NCBI RefSeq assembly: GCF_006345805.1
Contig: NC_043001.1
Span: forward strand, 36,890,001 to 36,954,000
Origin: Octopus sinensis
Taxonomy: Eukaryota
Direction of reading: 5' to 3'
Length of the DNA stretch: 64,000 nucleotides
The position numbers and the translations under genes are program-made. Shown piece after piece: positions 1 to 13,807 of the stretch (its first letter is position 1; every line of letters begins with the position of its first letter). Under the pieces are notes generated by a model, which saw only the letters and a list, made by a program, of their open reading frames with translations, was not told the DNA's origin and searched no databases.

Positions 1-113
1 CATATTTTAAATAGAAATCTTCATAGATAGATCGATATGGCTGCTACGACTAATGTTCCATATGTTTTGAGGTTGTGAAAGCAAATGTAGATGTGTGAGT
101 GTATATATGTATG

Positions 114-147
<34 letters not shown>

Positions 148-654
148 TGTATGTATGTATATATATGTATATATATATGTGTGTATGTGTGTATACATAT
201 GCATAAACATATATATATATATATATATTATATACACACACATGTCTCTACATGCATGTATGCATGTATAGATAAATAGATAAAAGACACATACCCAGGC
301 ATACATACACATACATATACACACTGATTCAGACACACATATAGCTTTAGTGAAAGTCCATAATAAATTTAGTAATTGTCTATACATTTTTTCATACGAA
401 GATAAGTCTATGCTATTTATGTGCGATTAACAAACCTGATTCATTTATATTATATATTATGGTATAATATATAATAAGTACGAGTTAGAAAGCTAAGTCA
501 ACAGAGGAGCGTTCCAACTAAATGAAATCTTCAAATGGTTTGAGTGTGCAGGTCTCCGGTATGAAAGGGTCTAAAACGGGTCAGCAGAAGGGCACTCACG
601 AGACACAACCTGCATGAAACCCGACTCCTCACAGTGTATGATGAAACATTGATA

Positions 655-860
655 TGTTCAAATTTTGGCCAGTAATTTAGGAGAAGGAGTAAGTCGATTA
701 CATCGAGACCGGTGTTCAACTGGTACTTATTTTATCGACGCCGAAAGAAATGCAAGGAAAAGTCGACCGTAGCGGAATTCGAATTCAGAACGTAAAGATG
801 GGTGAAAAGCCGTTGAGAATATTGCCCGGCGTGCTAACGATTGTGTTAGCTTGTCGCCGT
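655..860 (-). mobile_element. tRNA-derived SINE, family B (central domain resembles Meta/Sauria-type SINE body)
   Basis: Reverse complement matches the other family B copies in the window (head GGCGAGCT..CGTTAGCACGCCGGGC, B box GAATTCGAATTCC, body TCGATAAAATAAGTACCAG...TCGATGTAATCGACT). The domain name is from recall and not verified. Confidence 0.75.
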
Positions 861-1136
861 CTATCATAAAATATTTCATAATTTCGTGTTCGATTTAACA
901 TTTCTCAGGTTGCAAGTTACATCAAATATTTTAGTAATCAATGTGATTATCATCTACAAATACAACGGTTCAAATGTTTGCTTAGCATAGCAGTGGATTA
1001 ACTCAGGTAAATGTACAAGGTGTCCTAGAAAGATCTGCCCATTGATATTTCTTAATTATTCAAAATAAACTTTAAGGTAGAATACTGAAAACTGGCACAT
1101 ACGTTCTAAAGTAAATTGTCAATCCATTGAAGTAGC

Positions 1137-2020
1137 TACATTTTAAAATGACCACCTTTCGCCTTGATCATAGCCTGGAAGCTAGTGGTCGCTGGGTTGC
1201 ATGAGTGCCATACCATCTCTTCATCCAATTTAACCTATGAAGACAGAAGGGCAATTTTTTTCAGATCTGGCACATTTGAATAGGAGCGAGCATAAACGTT
1301 ACTCTCTAAGATGGACCAGATAGCAAAGTCCGTGGGATTGTGTCTGAACTTGAGAGAAGTCATATCGTCTTGTCCCAAAAACCACTGAAATACTTTTTGC
1401 ACTAAGTCTGTGTCAAATTGGATGTGTGAGCCGGAGTCCCGTCTTGGGTAAAGATGTAACGCCCACCAAAGGTTTCTGTGACGCAGGGTAACACTTTCTC
1501 ATCAAACATTTCCACATAAACTTCACTGTTGACATTGACGTCAGCATCGATAAAGATCAAGGGAGACTTGAACCCATCAGATGCCACTGAGGTCCACACT
1601 ATGAGTGAAGTTGGCTTCTGACGGCGAAAATGACTCCTGCTACCTTCGGGTAAGTCTCTTGCATAATGTGCACAAAGCCTTTCAATCTAACAATTGATAA
1701 CTACCTCCACGGCGAAGACCGTCTCGTCGGCCCAGATCAAAACTTTGTTAGCAGCGTGGTTTTCTTCCTATCGAGCTGTTTCTTCTTGGAATCTGCTGAA
1801 ATTAACTACTGGAATTGGCTTTTTCTTTCTATGTAGTTAGCTTTAAATCCTCTTTAAAAATACTGTGTATTGATGATTTCGAAATATCAAGAGCTTTTGT
1901 AATTTTTCTTGCACACCTGCGAAGATTTCGGTTCATTCACTTCTCACAACTCCAACAGTTTGTTTGGTATGAATTGATCGTTTCCTGCCAGGAATTGGCT
2001 TGCGGATAGTAGCAGACTCC
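1137..2020 (-). pseudogene. Decayed Tc1/mariner-superfamily transposase, DD37D (maT-like)
   Basis: Translation across stops and frameshifts gives an HTH-like region (RNLRRCARKITKALDISKSSIHSILK), first D in WADETVF, second D in TQDGTPAH, third D in NPTDFAIWSIL with 37 residues between D2 and D3, and C-terminus AMIKAKGGHFKM*. A possible left TIR TACAAGGTGTCC lies at about 1014-1025. Confidence 0.85.
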
Positions 2021-2074
2021 ATATATTGTTTATAGGTATTGGACACTGTTTTATGGCACTCATGTATCTTTTTC

Positions 2075-2436
2075 TTTTCTTTTACGTTTCATCTGAGGCC
2101 ATACTGGAGCAAGGCTTTCAATTTTTAGTCGAATGAAACGACTTGTGCTTATTCTAGCAGTCCCTATTGCCGAACCGCTACTTTACGGAGATGCAAACAC
2201 ACCAACATCGGTTCTAAGGGGTAGTGGGGAACAAACGCAGACACAAACATACACACACATATACATACATATATAGGACGGGTTTCATTCAGTTTCCGCT
2301 TACCTAATCCACTCACAAGACTTTGGTTGGCCCAAGGCTATAGTAGAAGACACTCGATTGCCCAAGGTGCCGCGCAGGGAGACTGGAACCATGTGGTTGA
2401 GATGCAAGATTGAAATACCATGCATCCACGCCAGCG

Positions 2437-2438
<2 letters not shown>
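2075..2438 (-). mobile_element. tRNA-derived SINE, family A (CORE-like ACCTTGGGCAAG box)
   Basis: Diverged near-full copy of the family also found at 16128, 48325 and 62392, with tRNA head, CCTTGGGCAA box, internal microsatellite and 3' body. Confidence 0.75.
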
Positions 2439-2504
<66 letters not shown>

Positions 2505-2588
2505 TAGATAGATAGATAAACATATACATACATACATACATACATACATACATACATACATACATACATACATACATACATACATACA

Positions 2589-2619
<31 letters not shown>

Positions 2620-2629
2620 TTACATATTA

Positions 2630-2922
2630 GAGGGATGACCTATAAGTGGACATCCATTATGCTAGAAGATCCGCTATGGTCTTACCACTAAGAAAGGAAT
2701 GTTCTCAAGAAAATTTAGCAAATGCCAGAACGTAAGCGATCAAGACAAATGAAAAGATACAAAATATACAGATTAATCACAAACCAGTTTCGTTGTTACC
2801 ACTTACGTAATCACTTACGGAGATGTCCGCAACTCATGTTCTTGAGAACATTCCTTTCTTAGTGGTAAGACCATAGCGGATCTTTTTAGCATAATATATG
2901 TCCACTTACAGGTCATCCCACT
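2630..2922. mobile_element. MITE with about 80-bp terminal inverted repeats
   Basis: Left GGGATGACCTATAAGTGGACAT...AGGAATGTTCTCAAGAA is the near-exact reverse complement of right TTCTTGAGAACATTCC...ATGTCCACTTACAGGTCATCCC. TA flanks both ends. Confidence 0.8.
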
Positions 2923-3056
2923 TATATGTATGTAATATAATTTTTTCTGAAACTTCAGATTTTTCAATATGCTAGACAACTGGTTTTAAATTGATATTAA
3001 TGAAATTAATATTCAATTTTTCACCCTTATTATTATGATATATAATATTATATATA

Positions 3057-3096
<40 letters not shown>

Positions 3097-3839
3097 ATTC
3101 GTGTCTTCTGAAACATAACGTTTTAAACAAGAATATTGTCATTATTGGCTGATCTTTGTTACAGAATATTTTTCTTTTCCTTTTTCATTTATTTTGCCAG
3201 CATTTTTTATTATTATTGAGAGAACCATTCCTTACATGAAACAAAACTTAAGTATGCATAAATTTCACTTGAGAGGCAAAGATAGGCCTAGTTAGAATCA
3301 ACGGAATTTTCGTCGATGCAGTTTCACCGCTTCCTTTTCTGCAAACTCTTTCTTGAAGTGATGCAGCAACATTCTAGATAATTTGACGTCTGAGTTTGCA
3401 ATACGGTGTTTGTTTTCCAAGGTTCCCAAATTCGCTGATCTTCTTCAGAGTGTATTTGGTTCTATTTGTCCTATGATACTCGGAGATTGAATCAACAGAG
3501 AGTTTTGTAGCTGCTGATTTCATTTTTAAAGCTCTGACAAAATTGTCGAGTTTTATTCATACGGTGTATATGACATTTCCATCTAGAGATAACTCTTGCT
3601 AATAATGGTCTCTATGGTTTTTGCTAAGATTTTCTCAAGGTCATAGGCGTCTATTATGTATTCTTGAGCATCAAAAGCTTTTTCTGATGATAGCGCTTAT
3701 ATATCCTTGTTGTGTTGACGGTAAAGGGTCCTTGATTCGCATGCGTAAAATAGAGCTGAAATGCCGACCATTTCCTAAATCTTGATCTTGGTCTGTTGTC
3801 TTTAAGTTCTTTCAGAAAAGACGACGGGAGAGTTTCCAA

Positions 3840-3903
3840 AATCAGTTCATACATACATATGTTTTCGTGTGTATACATAACATACAAACATATATGCATA
3901 TAC

Positions 3904-3959
<56 letters not shown>

Positions 3960-4597
3960 GTGTGTGTGTGTATACTTATACAAACATACACGCATATGCA
4001 TATATATACATGCGCAAACACATACATGTTTGCCAGGTCTACACCCACTGGGATCCTCCACACGATGTCAGCCTGAAATAGTCGGTAGTTCCATCAAAAC
4101 GTTTGTAGTGAGATCTATGCAAATGTCAGCCATATGTGACTAATCTGCATTCTAAAGATCAAAATGAAAAAAATCCACACACACACACACACACACACAC
4201 ACAAATAGGCCCACACAACTCAGCTGAAAACATAGTCAAACATATCAAAGTTAGAACTTAATGTGTGTGTGTGTGTGAGTGTGAAATCGAGAGATAGAGA
4301 GAGACTGAGACTACGAAATAGAGGGAGGGGTGTAAGTGGTGGGAGAATAGGTGAGTGAGTGAGGGAGTGAGTGAGTGAGTGAGGAAGATGTTGCGAAAGA
4401 AAACAAACGAGAATTTGGTGAATTAAAGAATAAAATAGTCATAAAATGTATACTAGCAGAATTAACATTAATTGGGTCAACAGCTACCATAATAATGATT
4501 AAACTTTCCCAGTCGTTAACGCATATGTGTGTGTATGTGTGTATGTGTGTGCGCGCATATGTGTATACATACATATATATATATGCATATGTTATAA

Positions 4598-4635
<38 letters not shown>

Positions 4636-4684
4636 GCATGTATATGTATATGTATATGTATATATATATATATTATATATATAT

Positions 4685-4722
<38 letters not shown>

Positions 4723-4810
4723 TGTATGTATATATATATATATAGAGTATATATATATATATATGTATATATATGTATATATTATATGTATATATATGTA
4801 TATATATATG

Positions 4811-4845
<35 letters not shown>

Positions 4846-4868
4846 TATATATATATATATATATATAC

Positions 4869-4933
<65 letters not shown>

Positions 4934-5378
4934 CAATATATATATACATATGTATGTGTATATATACACACACACATATATATATATATGACGGTATACA
5001 AATGTTTTTGTGTGCGCGCGCGCATAGACGTATACCTGTGCGTTCGTATGTATGCATCTGTGAATGCATTTTCCTGTGTGTTTTCCAACGGGAGAAAAAG
5101 GAATGCCTTTGATCAAGATGGTGAAGTAAAGATGCCTTGCTTCAATTTTCAAGGGGATATGCCCTCTATTTAGCCTGCCAGAAAACGAAATATAGAAGGG
5201 AAGTGTTAAATACGTACGCGGTGAACAAATGTTTTCCTTTTCTTCTATCAGATTGCTATGTTTATTGTGTGGATTTCGGCGGCCTCACCACCCCTAATTG
5301 TTGTACTAGTACTACTATATATACATATAGATATAGGTGATCATATTACACACACACACATATATATATATATGATAC

Positions 5379-5415
<37 letters not shown>

Positions 5416-5440
5416 CTATATATATTATATATATATATAC

Positions 5441-5476
<36 letters not shown>

Positions 5477-5500
5477 TATATAGGTACATACATACATACA
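3840..5500. repeat. Compound (AT)n/(AC)n/(ATAC)n/(AGTG)n microsatellite field
   Basis: Directly visible. It explains all Y/I/C/V-rich ORFs here. Confidence 0.95.
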
Positions 5501-5736
5501 AGTATATCATATTGTACATTTAACGGTATTAGTTGATAGCGTTACAATGGGGAACGGAAGAAGCAATCTCCTGATATCTAAACCAGAAATCCGCTTACGA
5601 TACCCGGTTGAAACCGTTTCTTTTTTATTTACAGCACGCGTGTCGTTAAAAGAGACGTAAATGCCATAACTTTTTAGTTTCTCTTCCACGAGATATCAGA
5701 AAACGTATATTAAATATGTCATTAATACATGTTATG

Positions 5737-5975
5737 TGGAGGTGCGTAGCCTAGTGGTTAGGCTGTGGTACTCAAGATCGTGAGATCGTGGTTTCCATTC
5801 CTGGACTAAGTAGTGCTGTGTTTTCTCCAGCAATGCATTGCATATTACGTTGCTGTGCAATAACTTCGACATCTGACGTATGGCACACCGTGCAACTGTA
5901 CAGGTAATGTTAATTAGGGTTAGGGTTAGGGTTAAGGTTAGGGTTAGGATTAGATGGAGGAAGGGAGCTAATGCA
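5737..5975 (+). mobile_element. tRNA-derived SINE, family C-like (diverged), containing a telomeric array
   Basis: tRNA-like head GGAGGTGCGTAGCCTAGTGGTTAGG...GGTTTCCATTCC, then a segment similar to the CORE-like body of the 31218-31541 copy. Confidence 0.55.
5914..5955 (+). repeat. Interstitial telomere-like (TTAGGG)n array, 7 units
   Basis: TTAGGG x3, TTAAGG, TTAGGG, TTAGGA, TTAGAT. Confidence 0.85.
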
Positions 5976-5984
5976 TAGAACAGA

Positions 5985-6083
5985 CATAATAGAAGACACT
6001 TACCAAAGGTGCCACGCAGTGGGACTGAACCTGGAACCATGTAATTGGGAAGCAAGCTTTTTACCACAAAACCATTCCTGCGC
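5985..6083 (-). mobile_element. SINE family A, 5' head fragment
   Basis: GAAGACACTTACCAAAGGTGCCACGCAGTGGGACTGAACC matches the reverse complement of the family A head. Confidence 0.75.
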
Positions 6084-7849
6084 AATTATAGTCAAATCAT
6101 CTGTGCAAATTCTTCAGCATCAAACTGCAGAATCCCCTTCTGTCGTTTACGACGCAAGAGTCCTCCAGTTGACGTTCTCTTCATTTTGGAGCAATATCCT
6201 TAAAGTCACGCTAAATGCGAACGAGTAAAATTCAGTTAGTGAACCATTTGCTAATGAAATTATTGTGTAACCGTTTTAATATTCCACAGAATTCCATACT
6301 CTTTAAATAATTCTAAAGCTGTGTTACTTGTATGTCTATTACACAGTGTGAGTTGTATATCAATTATGGATCCCATCAGGCCACATGTTATTATCTGTTA
6401 ATTCAGTGCTTTACTATACCACAAAAGTTCTGACTAGTCATAGATTGACATTGTTCCCAATATATTTTACATCACCTCCTGTGTTGTGATACAAGCTGCT
6501 CTTCGCCAAGTTTGCAACGCACATACATAGCTCCCTTTTTCGTTTCCTTCCCCCTTTCAAATATCACGTTTATTGTTCTTTGTACATTCACTAGCCAAGG
6601 GAGAATAAAATATTTTACAAACTGTCTTGATCTTTCGGTAATGCAATGATTTATTGATACACATTTCATTGGCACCTAGTTCTCTCAAACATATGTTTTA
6701 TCTCTCGGGCTCGTATTTGAGGCAACTTCAACGAAATAAAGAAAACTGTAAACCCATTTTCAAGTTCGACTTCAAAAAGAAAGTGAAAGTGAAGGAAGTA
6801 TGCCTCCCACACCGCTCACCAATGGTTTTGTGGAAAGATGAGTGAATACGGCGAAAGTGGCCATGCGAATGGGCCTATTCTGAGCATGCACCTCTTAGCC
6901 GAAAGGAATGAAGAGAAGAGGGGCACCCGCCTTAGATGCCTTTGGCGTTCGGTGTGTTCAGGAAGAGTAAAATTCCTTGGTAGCCCCAAGGCGGAGTTCC
7001 GTCCCCTTTGGGGAATTTTATTGTTGAAATTTTCAATATTACTTGTTATTTTTTAAATTTTACTCTTTACACGCACTGTAAGAAACCTTTACCGTCCTTT
7101 GAGTTGTATACTCGTTTGCTTTTATGTGTTGCTCTTCAGAAAGAATTATAATAATAATAATAATTATTATTATTATTATTATTATTATTATCATTATTAT
7201 TATTATTATATTATTATTATTATTATTATGAAGAAGCAGAAGAAGAAGAACAACAACAACAACAACAATTACTACTACTACTGCTACAGCAATCTGAACA
7301 ATCTACAAGTAATTCAGAGTAAAATGAACTATGGTAGTGCTCAATCATTATTACAAACAGATTTAATAAAAACCTTTATACTCAAGATATTGTCTGATAT
7401 TATAGCTGATAACACATAGAAATTCATATTGCCGTAAGCAAATGAACGAAATATCATTTTATTGCACCCATCATATTCTAACAATTAATTGTCCAGCCAC
7501 TAACTCTAAATAATATTAATCTAGCCACGTGGTTGACACCAAATAACTCCCGCTTTTCAAAATGCATGGCTCGCTTCGTGAACAAATGAATCCGCAAAGG
7601 GACGCCATTCCTGGAGTAATTATTATTATGTTAGACATAGCCTCTGCATTGTCATTTCTCATTTCCCATGAAGTATGATAATAGACATCGCTCCGTGTAT
7701 TAGTTAATCTTAATCTTTGGCCAGCTGAACAGCACGCTTTGTTCTTATCACTCTAAACTATTGCTAATATGGCTTGTGCGTTCGAACTTGTTGTGGCTAG
7801 CGGCTTTGCTTGATCATAGGCCTGTTTACGCATGTCGGGGTAATATCCC

Positions 7850-8082
7850 AGCATGCATGCTCCCAAATACACACCCATACATGTACATACATACACACAC
7901 ACACACCATATGATATACATACATCAAATATCAATACATATATATATATATATTACATATATATATATATATATTATATATATATATACTCAGATATATA
8001 CACGCAGACCACACACACACACAATATATATAATATATATATTATATATATTATATATATACGATATAATATATATATATAT

Positions 8083-8120
<38 letters not shown>

Positions 8121-8123
8121 TAG

Positions 8124-8183
<60 letters not shown>

Positions 8184-8217
8184 CAATATATATATATATA
8201 TTTATATATTATATATA

Positions 8218-8261
<44 letters not shown>

Positions 8262-9250
8262 CTATATATTAATATATATATATGAATATATCCGCGTGTA
8301 TCGGTGAAATTGAATTCCTCCAAATTAAGATCAAGTGAACATCATATCTGCAATAATTAGTATTTGTCTGGCAGGAAACAAACCTGTTAGAAACAGATTC
8401 CAATATCGAGGTGAGATTGCTATCTCTCCATTTATCATCTTCTCCTTACTCTCCTTCTGACCTTCCTCGCTTAATATGGAGTTTGCTTTTGATGCATGGA
8501 CGTTAATACAAATATTATAATTCTCTCTCTCTCTCTCTCTCTCTTCTCTCTATCCTTCTCCAACTTTCTCCCTCCCCCTCTCTCTTCCTCTCTTTTTTCT
8601 CTGTCTTGTTGCGTATATATATGTATATATATGTATATATATATTTCTCTTTCTGTCTCCCCCTTCTATATTCGTCTTCTATATCTATCACTTTCTCTCT
8701 ATATCTTTCTATCTTTCCGTTCATCTTACTTTCCTTCAATCGCCCTCTCTATCTTTCCCTCTTTCCCTATGTATACACACACACATATACACACACACAG
8801 TTATATACATATAATATGTATAAATATATTCCTACACACAGACACACACACACATATATATACATGTACATAAATATGTATACATATATACATTGGTATA
8901 TTTATATACCAATATGCATATCAACTCTATATATACAACTTTCTTTTCCTCTCTCTTATTCTCTCTCTCTTCCTCTCTCTTACTCTCTCTCTCTATCTCT
9001 CTCTCCCTCTCTCCCTCATATTCTATTTTCCGTTAGCCTTTTCATTCAGTTACGTCATTTGTTCAATTTGCAAAGCCTGTATCTTTCTATTACTCCGCAT
9101 GACTAGTCTCTTAATATTCGTTGCTTGAAACACATATAATCACACACTCTTAAATGTGGGCAAAAACGTGCACATAAACACACACACACACACCACACAC
9201 ACACACAAACGCGCACCAAACAACACACAACACACACAGACACAGATGCA
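7850..9250. repeat. Compound (AT)n, (CT)n, (AC)n microsatellite field
   Basis: Directly visible low-complexity tracts. Confidence 0.95.
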
Positions 9251-9632
9251 TACATAGTGTCGCACATATTACATTAAGCAACAGCATTGCTGTGATGGTA
9301 TCTCATCTCCAGCATGAATGCGTTTCCAATTCTTGTTCTACCGCGGCCGGAATTACTACCCCATCCCCTTCTACCGAAAACCACCCTCGCCTAATTTCTT
9401 AACATTTTTATTACCATATTTCTATGAAATCAATTTTTAAAATAAAGACCCATTTACAAATATAACATTGTCATTACTAAGCTCTTGTTTGGAACTAACA
9501 CGTAAGGTTGACGGATGAATTTAGTGTAGATCCCTTTGAAACAGGAAGTTTTTAGGATATTGATCACTGCATAACCTCTAAATACTTGGCGAAGTAATCG
9601 TGACACCAATTTGTAGAGTTACTATCATTAAA

Positions 9633-9661
9633 GACCCGTCGTTGCCGGGTCATAGTGCTAG
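9633..9661 (+). mobile_element. Helitron 3' terminus (hairpin plus CTAG); 5' extent not defined
   Basis: GACCCG-TCGTTGC-CGGGTC hairpin followed 6 nt later by CTAG|T, the canonical Helitron end signature. Confidence 0.65.
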
Positions 9662-10329
9662 TGTACATATTACATGTACATCTATATATATATACATCTA
9701 CACATAAAATACAAAATACAAAGTTATATCTTGATATCGTTAGTGGTAACAACACTCAAAATATATAACAGACTGGAATTGTTAGCCCGTCTCTTGTAAT
9801 TTCGATCAATTGTATCTTGTCCTCCCTCTTGTATAGAAGTGTGACTACAATCCAGCGTACCTCTACTTCTGGGGGGTGGGGGGTCCATTTTAATTTTTTT
9901 TCCGGGACGTCCTACGTCCCAGATATAAAGGTAAGAATAAAATATTTCCACTTTGCAAGTTCCATTCGAGTACTCCCTTGCACGCTTCGTTGACTCGAAC
10001 CTTGCTTCTATTGTGGCTAATTTACCGCCTCTGATTAGATACCTTCCATAGTCGCACCAAGACACTTTTCGAAGGTGCTTTCCTCCATGTGTTCAAATCT
10101 TCTTTTTTCTCTACATTGTATACTTTATAGACAATAGTCTTTCTTAATTTAATTTTTTTAATCCATCTGGACTATTCCATTTCTGCACGCTAATTTTATT
10201 TTTAATTTATTCCCATTCATGTAAAACCATTTATTCAAGTTCAAGTCATTGATGCAATTTTATACCAATTGCTATTTTTACTTTTGTTATGTTACGATTA
10301 TATTATACTTTAGTTTGATTTTAATTATT

Positions 10330-10785
10330 ACTTACAACATATAATTCAATTGTTATTAGTATTTTTATTGTTAAAGTGAAAATATCTGACATAAAATAGA
10401 GAAACGTTTTTGTTTCACTTTTAACACGTAATACTGAAATAGTGGAGAAGATATGATATTGCTATGGGCTCGCTCAAAGCAAGAAGTTGAACATTTTTCT
10501 GCCCATGAAACTACATGGACCCTAAGTAAGGCATGTGTAAAATTTGAATGGAATTGGTTGTGTAGTTCTCAAGTTTTAGGGAATCGTAGTGGAGAAGATA
10601 TGATATTGCTATGGGCTCGCCCAAGGCAAAAAGTTAAAACAATTTTTGCCGATGACACTCCCCGGACCCTAAGTAAGGCATGTGTAAAATTTGAATGAAA
10701 TTGGTTGTGTAGTTCTCAAGTTTTAGGGAAACACACAGACAGACAGACAGACAGACACACATTCTCAGTTATATATATATAAAGA
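10330..10785 (-). mobile_element. Non-autonomous Helitron/HINE-like element with (GTCT)n and two 147-bp internal repeats
   Basis: Minus strand starts A|TCTTTATATATA, followed by (GTCT)n, then tandem units at 10441-10587 and 10588-about 10730. The left boundary is uncertain and may extend toward 9770. Confidence 0.65.
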
Positions 10786-12439
10786 TGAGAAACTCCAGTT
10801 ATACTTTTACTGTTATGTATCGCATCGACCCATGAAAGGTGTCTCTAAGTGAAAACTCCAACAGCAAATAAATCTCCCTCAACACTTATCCTTTTATATA
10901 AAGGAATTATAGATTAGATAGTGTAAAAAACAAATTTTTCAATATATATGTGGTGGTCACAGCTCGACTATCCTTTATCATAAATCAGATAGAAGAAAGT
11001 CAGCATGAGCTCTCAGTCAAGTCATCCTTACTGTCTTAAAAATAAAAAGACACATTAGGTTCTGTTGTAATTATAAAACATAGGATTGTCACGGCTAGAA
11101 GTCTTTTGACCATAGGCTTCTTCAGTGTGTTTTAACCTAGAACTAAATAACTCTTTGGGCTTGCGATTTAAGCACAAGGCCAGCAATTCTGAGGACAGGA
11201 GTAAATAGATACGATTGATCTCAGTTCTTGACTGGAACTTCGTTTTATCACCACTGAATTGCTAGATCGGATAAATGAATGCGATAAAATATCAAATCAC
11301 ACACTATTTCCGACTAAGGATTTTCTTTCAAAGTAGTCCCTTAACTTCTAGATTTTAGACATCGGAAATTTCCGATTGTGAAAACAGTGTAGGGTATAAC
11401 TACATGGTGCATCGCAACGACTGTAAGTGTTTTTATTGTAAGACTTCCTCTGAAGGATGTTTATAGTCCAGTGTCAATCCAACAACTTAGAATAGTCGCT
11501 GCATTTGTATATGATTTTTACCGAGAAGTTTGCCAATCAAGATACGAACTGAAGAAATATAGACTAGATTAACACCTTGGAGTAAGGCGCAGTGTCGAAT
11601 TCTTCAAACAAGAGACGCTTGTTATCCAAAAGTCAACTGTGGCATAATTACGAGGACATCATGACAGAAGACATTCAAATATGGTAGCAACATTTCATCT
11701 GAAGTTTATTTCTGCCTTTTACATTCAAGTAGTATTCCTTTCTTAAAGGTAGAATTCGTGGCTGGAAAGGATTTTGAAAAGTGTCGAACACCTGCTCCAG
11801 TACGAACTACAGCTGCACATTTCAGTCGAGAGCTGCTTCAAGCAACCACTTATTGCACTCAATAGTTACAACTGTATACCTGCAAAAAAAAAAAAACAGC
11901 CATTAGTTGCTGACTAAAAATGAGCTCATGAAAGGATTAAACAATTGATGACAGCTACTCAGTGGCAACCTTTTTGATCAACTTAATTTTTGGCAAAACG
12001 TTTGTTCATTTTAGTAGATTGCTATTACAGTGGCACCATTAGGAATCACTACAACTTAGCTCATTCTTAAGAAATCTTCTCATCCTGTTTTCATGCTGCC
12101 ACTCAACATTGCTCTATGAAAGTCTTGTGTTCAATGCTGACCAAAAATCTCTTTTCGATGAGATTCTAAAAAGGTCCAACTTGGGATAAGTGAATAATAT
12201 CTCGTAGACATGCATTTCAGGCTTTCGATCACAACTTGCAATTTCTCAGAAGTAAAACTAAAATCATGGATGGAGAACAGTCTTAATCTCTGGCCATTTT
12301 AAGTAAAGTGTGTCTTTCTTTCCCAAACGTACACTTACTGATGTGGTGAGAACATGCTTCAACATATCCTACATTTAGAGAGAAATGGTAAAATGTTACC
12401 TTTCTAAGAACATGAGAGTTGCATTTAATAAAGCTGTTG

Positions 12440-12701
12440 CAGTGCATGTATGTATGTATGCATGTATGTATGTATGTATGTATGCATGCATGTATGTATG
12501 TATGTATGTATGTATGTATGCATGTACGTATGTATGTACGTATGTATGTGTAGATTGATAGAGAGAGAGAGAGAAGAGATGGATGGATGGATGGATAGAT
12601 AGACAGACAAACACATACAGACACAAAGACACACAGTCACACAAAAGATAGATAGATAGATACATACATACATACATACATACATACATAGACAAACAGA
12701 C

Positions 12702-12777
<76 letters not shown>

Positions 12778-12910
12778 ATGGATGGATGGATGGATGGACA
12801 GACACACAGACAGACAAATAGACAGACAGACAAACACACAGACAGACACAAAGACACACAGTCACACAACCAGCCAGATAGATAGAATGAGAGAGAGAGG
12901 GAGAGAGAGG
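12440..12910. repeat. Compound (TATG)n/(GATG)n/(GATA)n/(GACA)n array with an internal duplicated unit
   Basis: The block GAGAGATGGATGG...GACACAAAGACACACAGTCACACAA occurs twice (about 12560-12645 and 12765-12870). Confidence 0.85.
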
Positions 12911-13386
12911 TGGGGGTCACACTCTCACATCCTTTCTATTATCAGTATATTATTGCTACATAGTATACTGAATAAAAGCTGTAGGTAACAAGTACCGCAT
13001 AAAATCTAATAACTGAATCAAATTTAATATGGGAATACAGTCAATAGCTTTCACTAACTCTCAACTAGAACTAATTCACTCTGCGTAAGATCTTGCGCTA
13101 ACGGCCAATAATTTCATACAATGAAAATTCTGATGCGCAAAAAATAAAATTTTTTGCCGTGGGTTGAACTCATTGTTATTTTTTCCCCTATTCATTTATA
13201 ATTTGTTTCATTTTGTTTTGCTTTACATTGTTAATGCCAACCAACGTACGCTGTCAGTTAGGACACTTACAAATACATATCTAGAAAATATGGCCGGGAA
13301 TATTAAAACAGTTATGAAATATGGACTTTGTAAAAAGGTCATCTTAGAGTCTTTTCTCTCCACATAAAACGACGCCATGAGATATG

Positions 13387-13431
<45 letters not shown>

Positions 13432-13771
13432 TATGCACACACAATACATTTCCGTATGTATATAACATAGACATTTATTAAGCTACCGATTTCTGTAATA
13501 AGTATGTATATATGTGTGCGCACGCGTGTATGCATATTCAAATAGACACACACACGAGCGTACACACTCACACACACATACACACAAACACACACGCACT
13601 CTCACACACACATATATATATAAGGAATACTGAAAAGAAGTCGATAATGCGTCAAAATTTTCTTTTATATATATATATATTAATAGTAATGGTAAGACAA
13701 CAAAAGAATGAAGGAGATCTCGATATTATGTAAATAGGGAAATTTATCAGATATATGTGTATGTGTATGTG

Positions 13772-13799
<28 letters not shown>

Positions 13800-13807
<8 letters not shown>

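Noticed and set aside
4375-5173. Long ORFs rich in Y/I/C/V/M/H/T (also at 7810, 23119, 25694, 34862, 55970 and many others)
   Set aside because: They are translations of (AT)n, (AC)n, (ATAC)n and (CT)n microsatellites, which lack stop codons by construction.
5252-5336. Possible exon after TTTTCCTTTTCTTCTATCAG encoding [18 protein letters not shown]
   Set aside because: The only donors are weak and the reading runs into microsatellite. There is no second supporting exon.
7085-7145. Minus-strand CUGAAGA-GC...GC-AAAC-GA-GUA hammerhead look-alike
   Set aside because: G12 is missing, stem II is only 2 bp and stem I does not pair.
11400-12420. Coding-looking stretches possibly from a DNA transposon
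   Set aside because: No diagnostic motif recovered in any frame by eye. It needs a frameshift-aware search.
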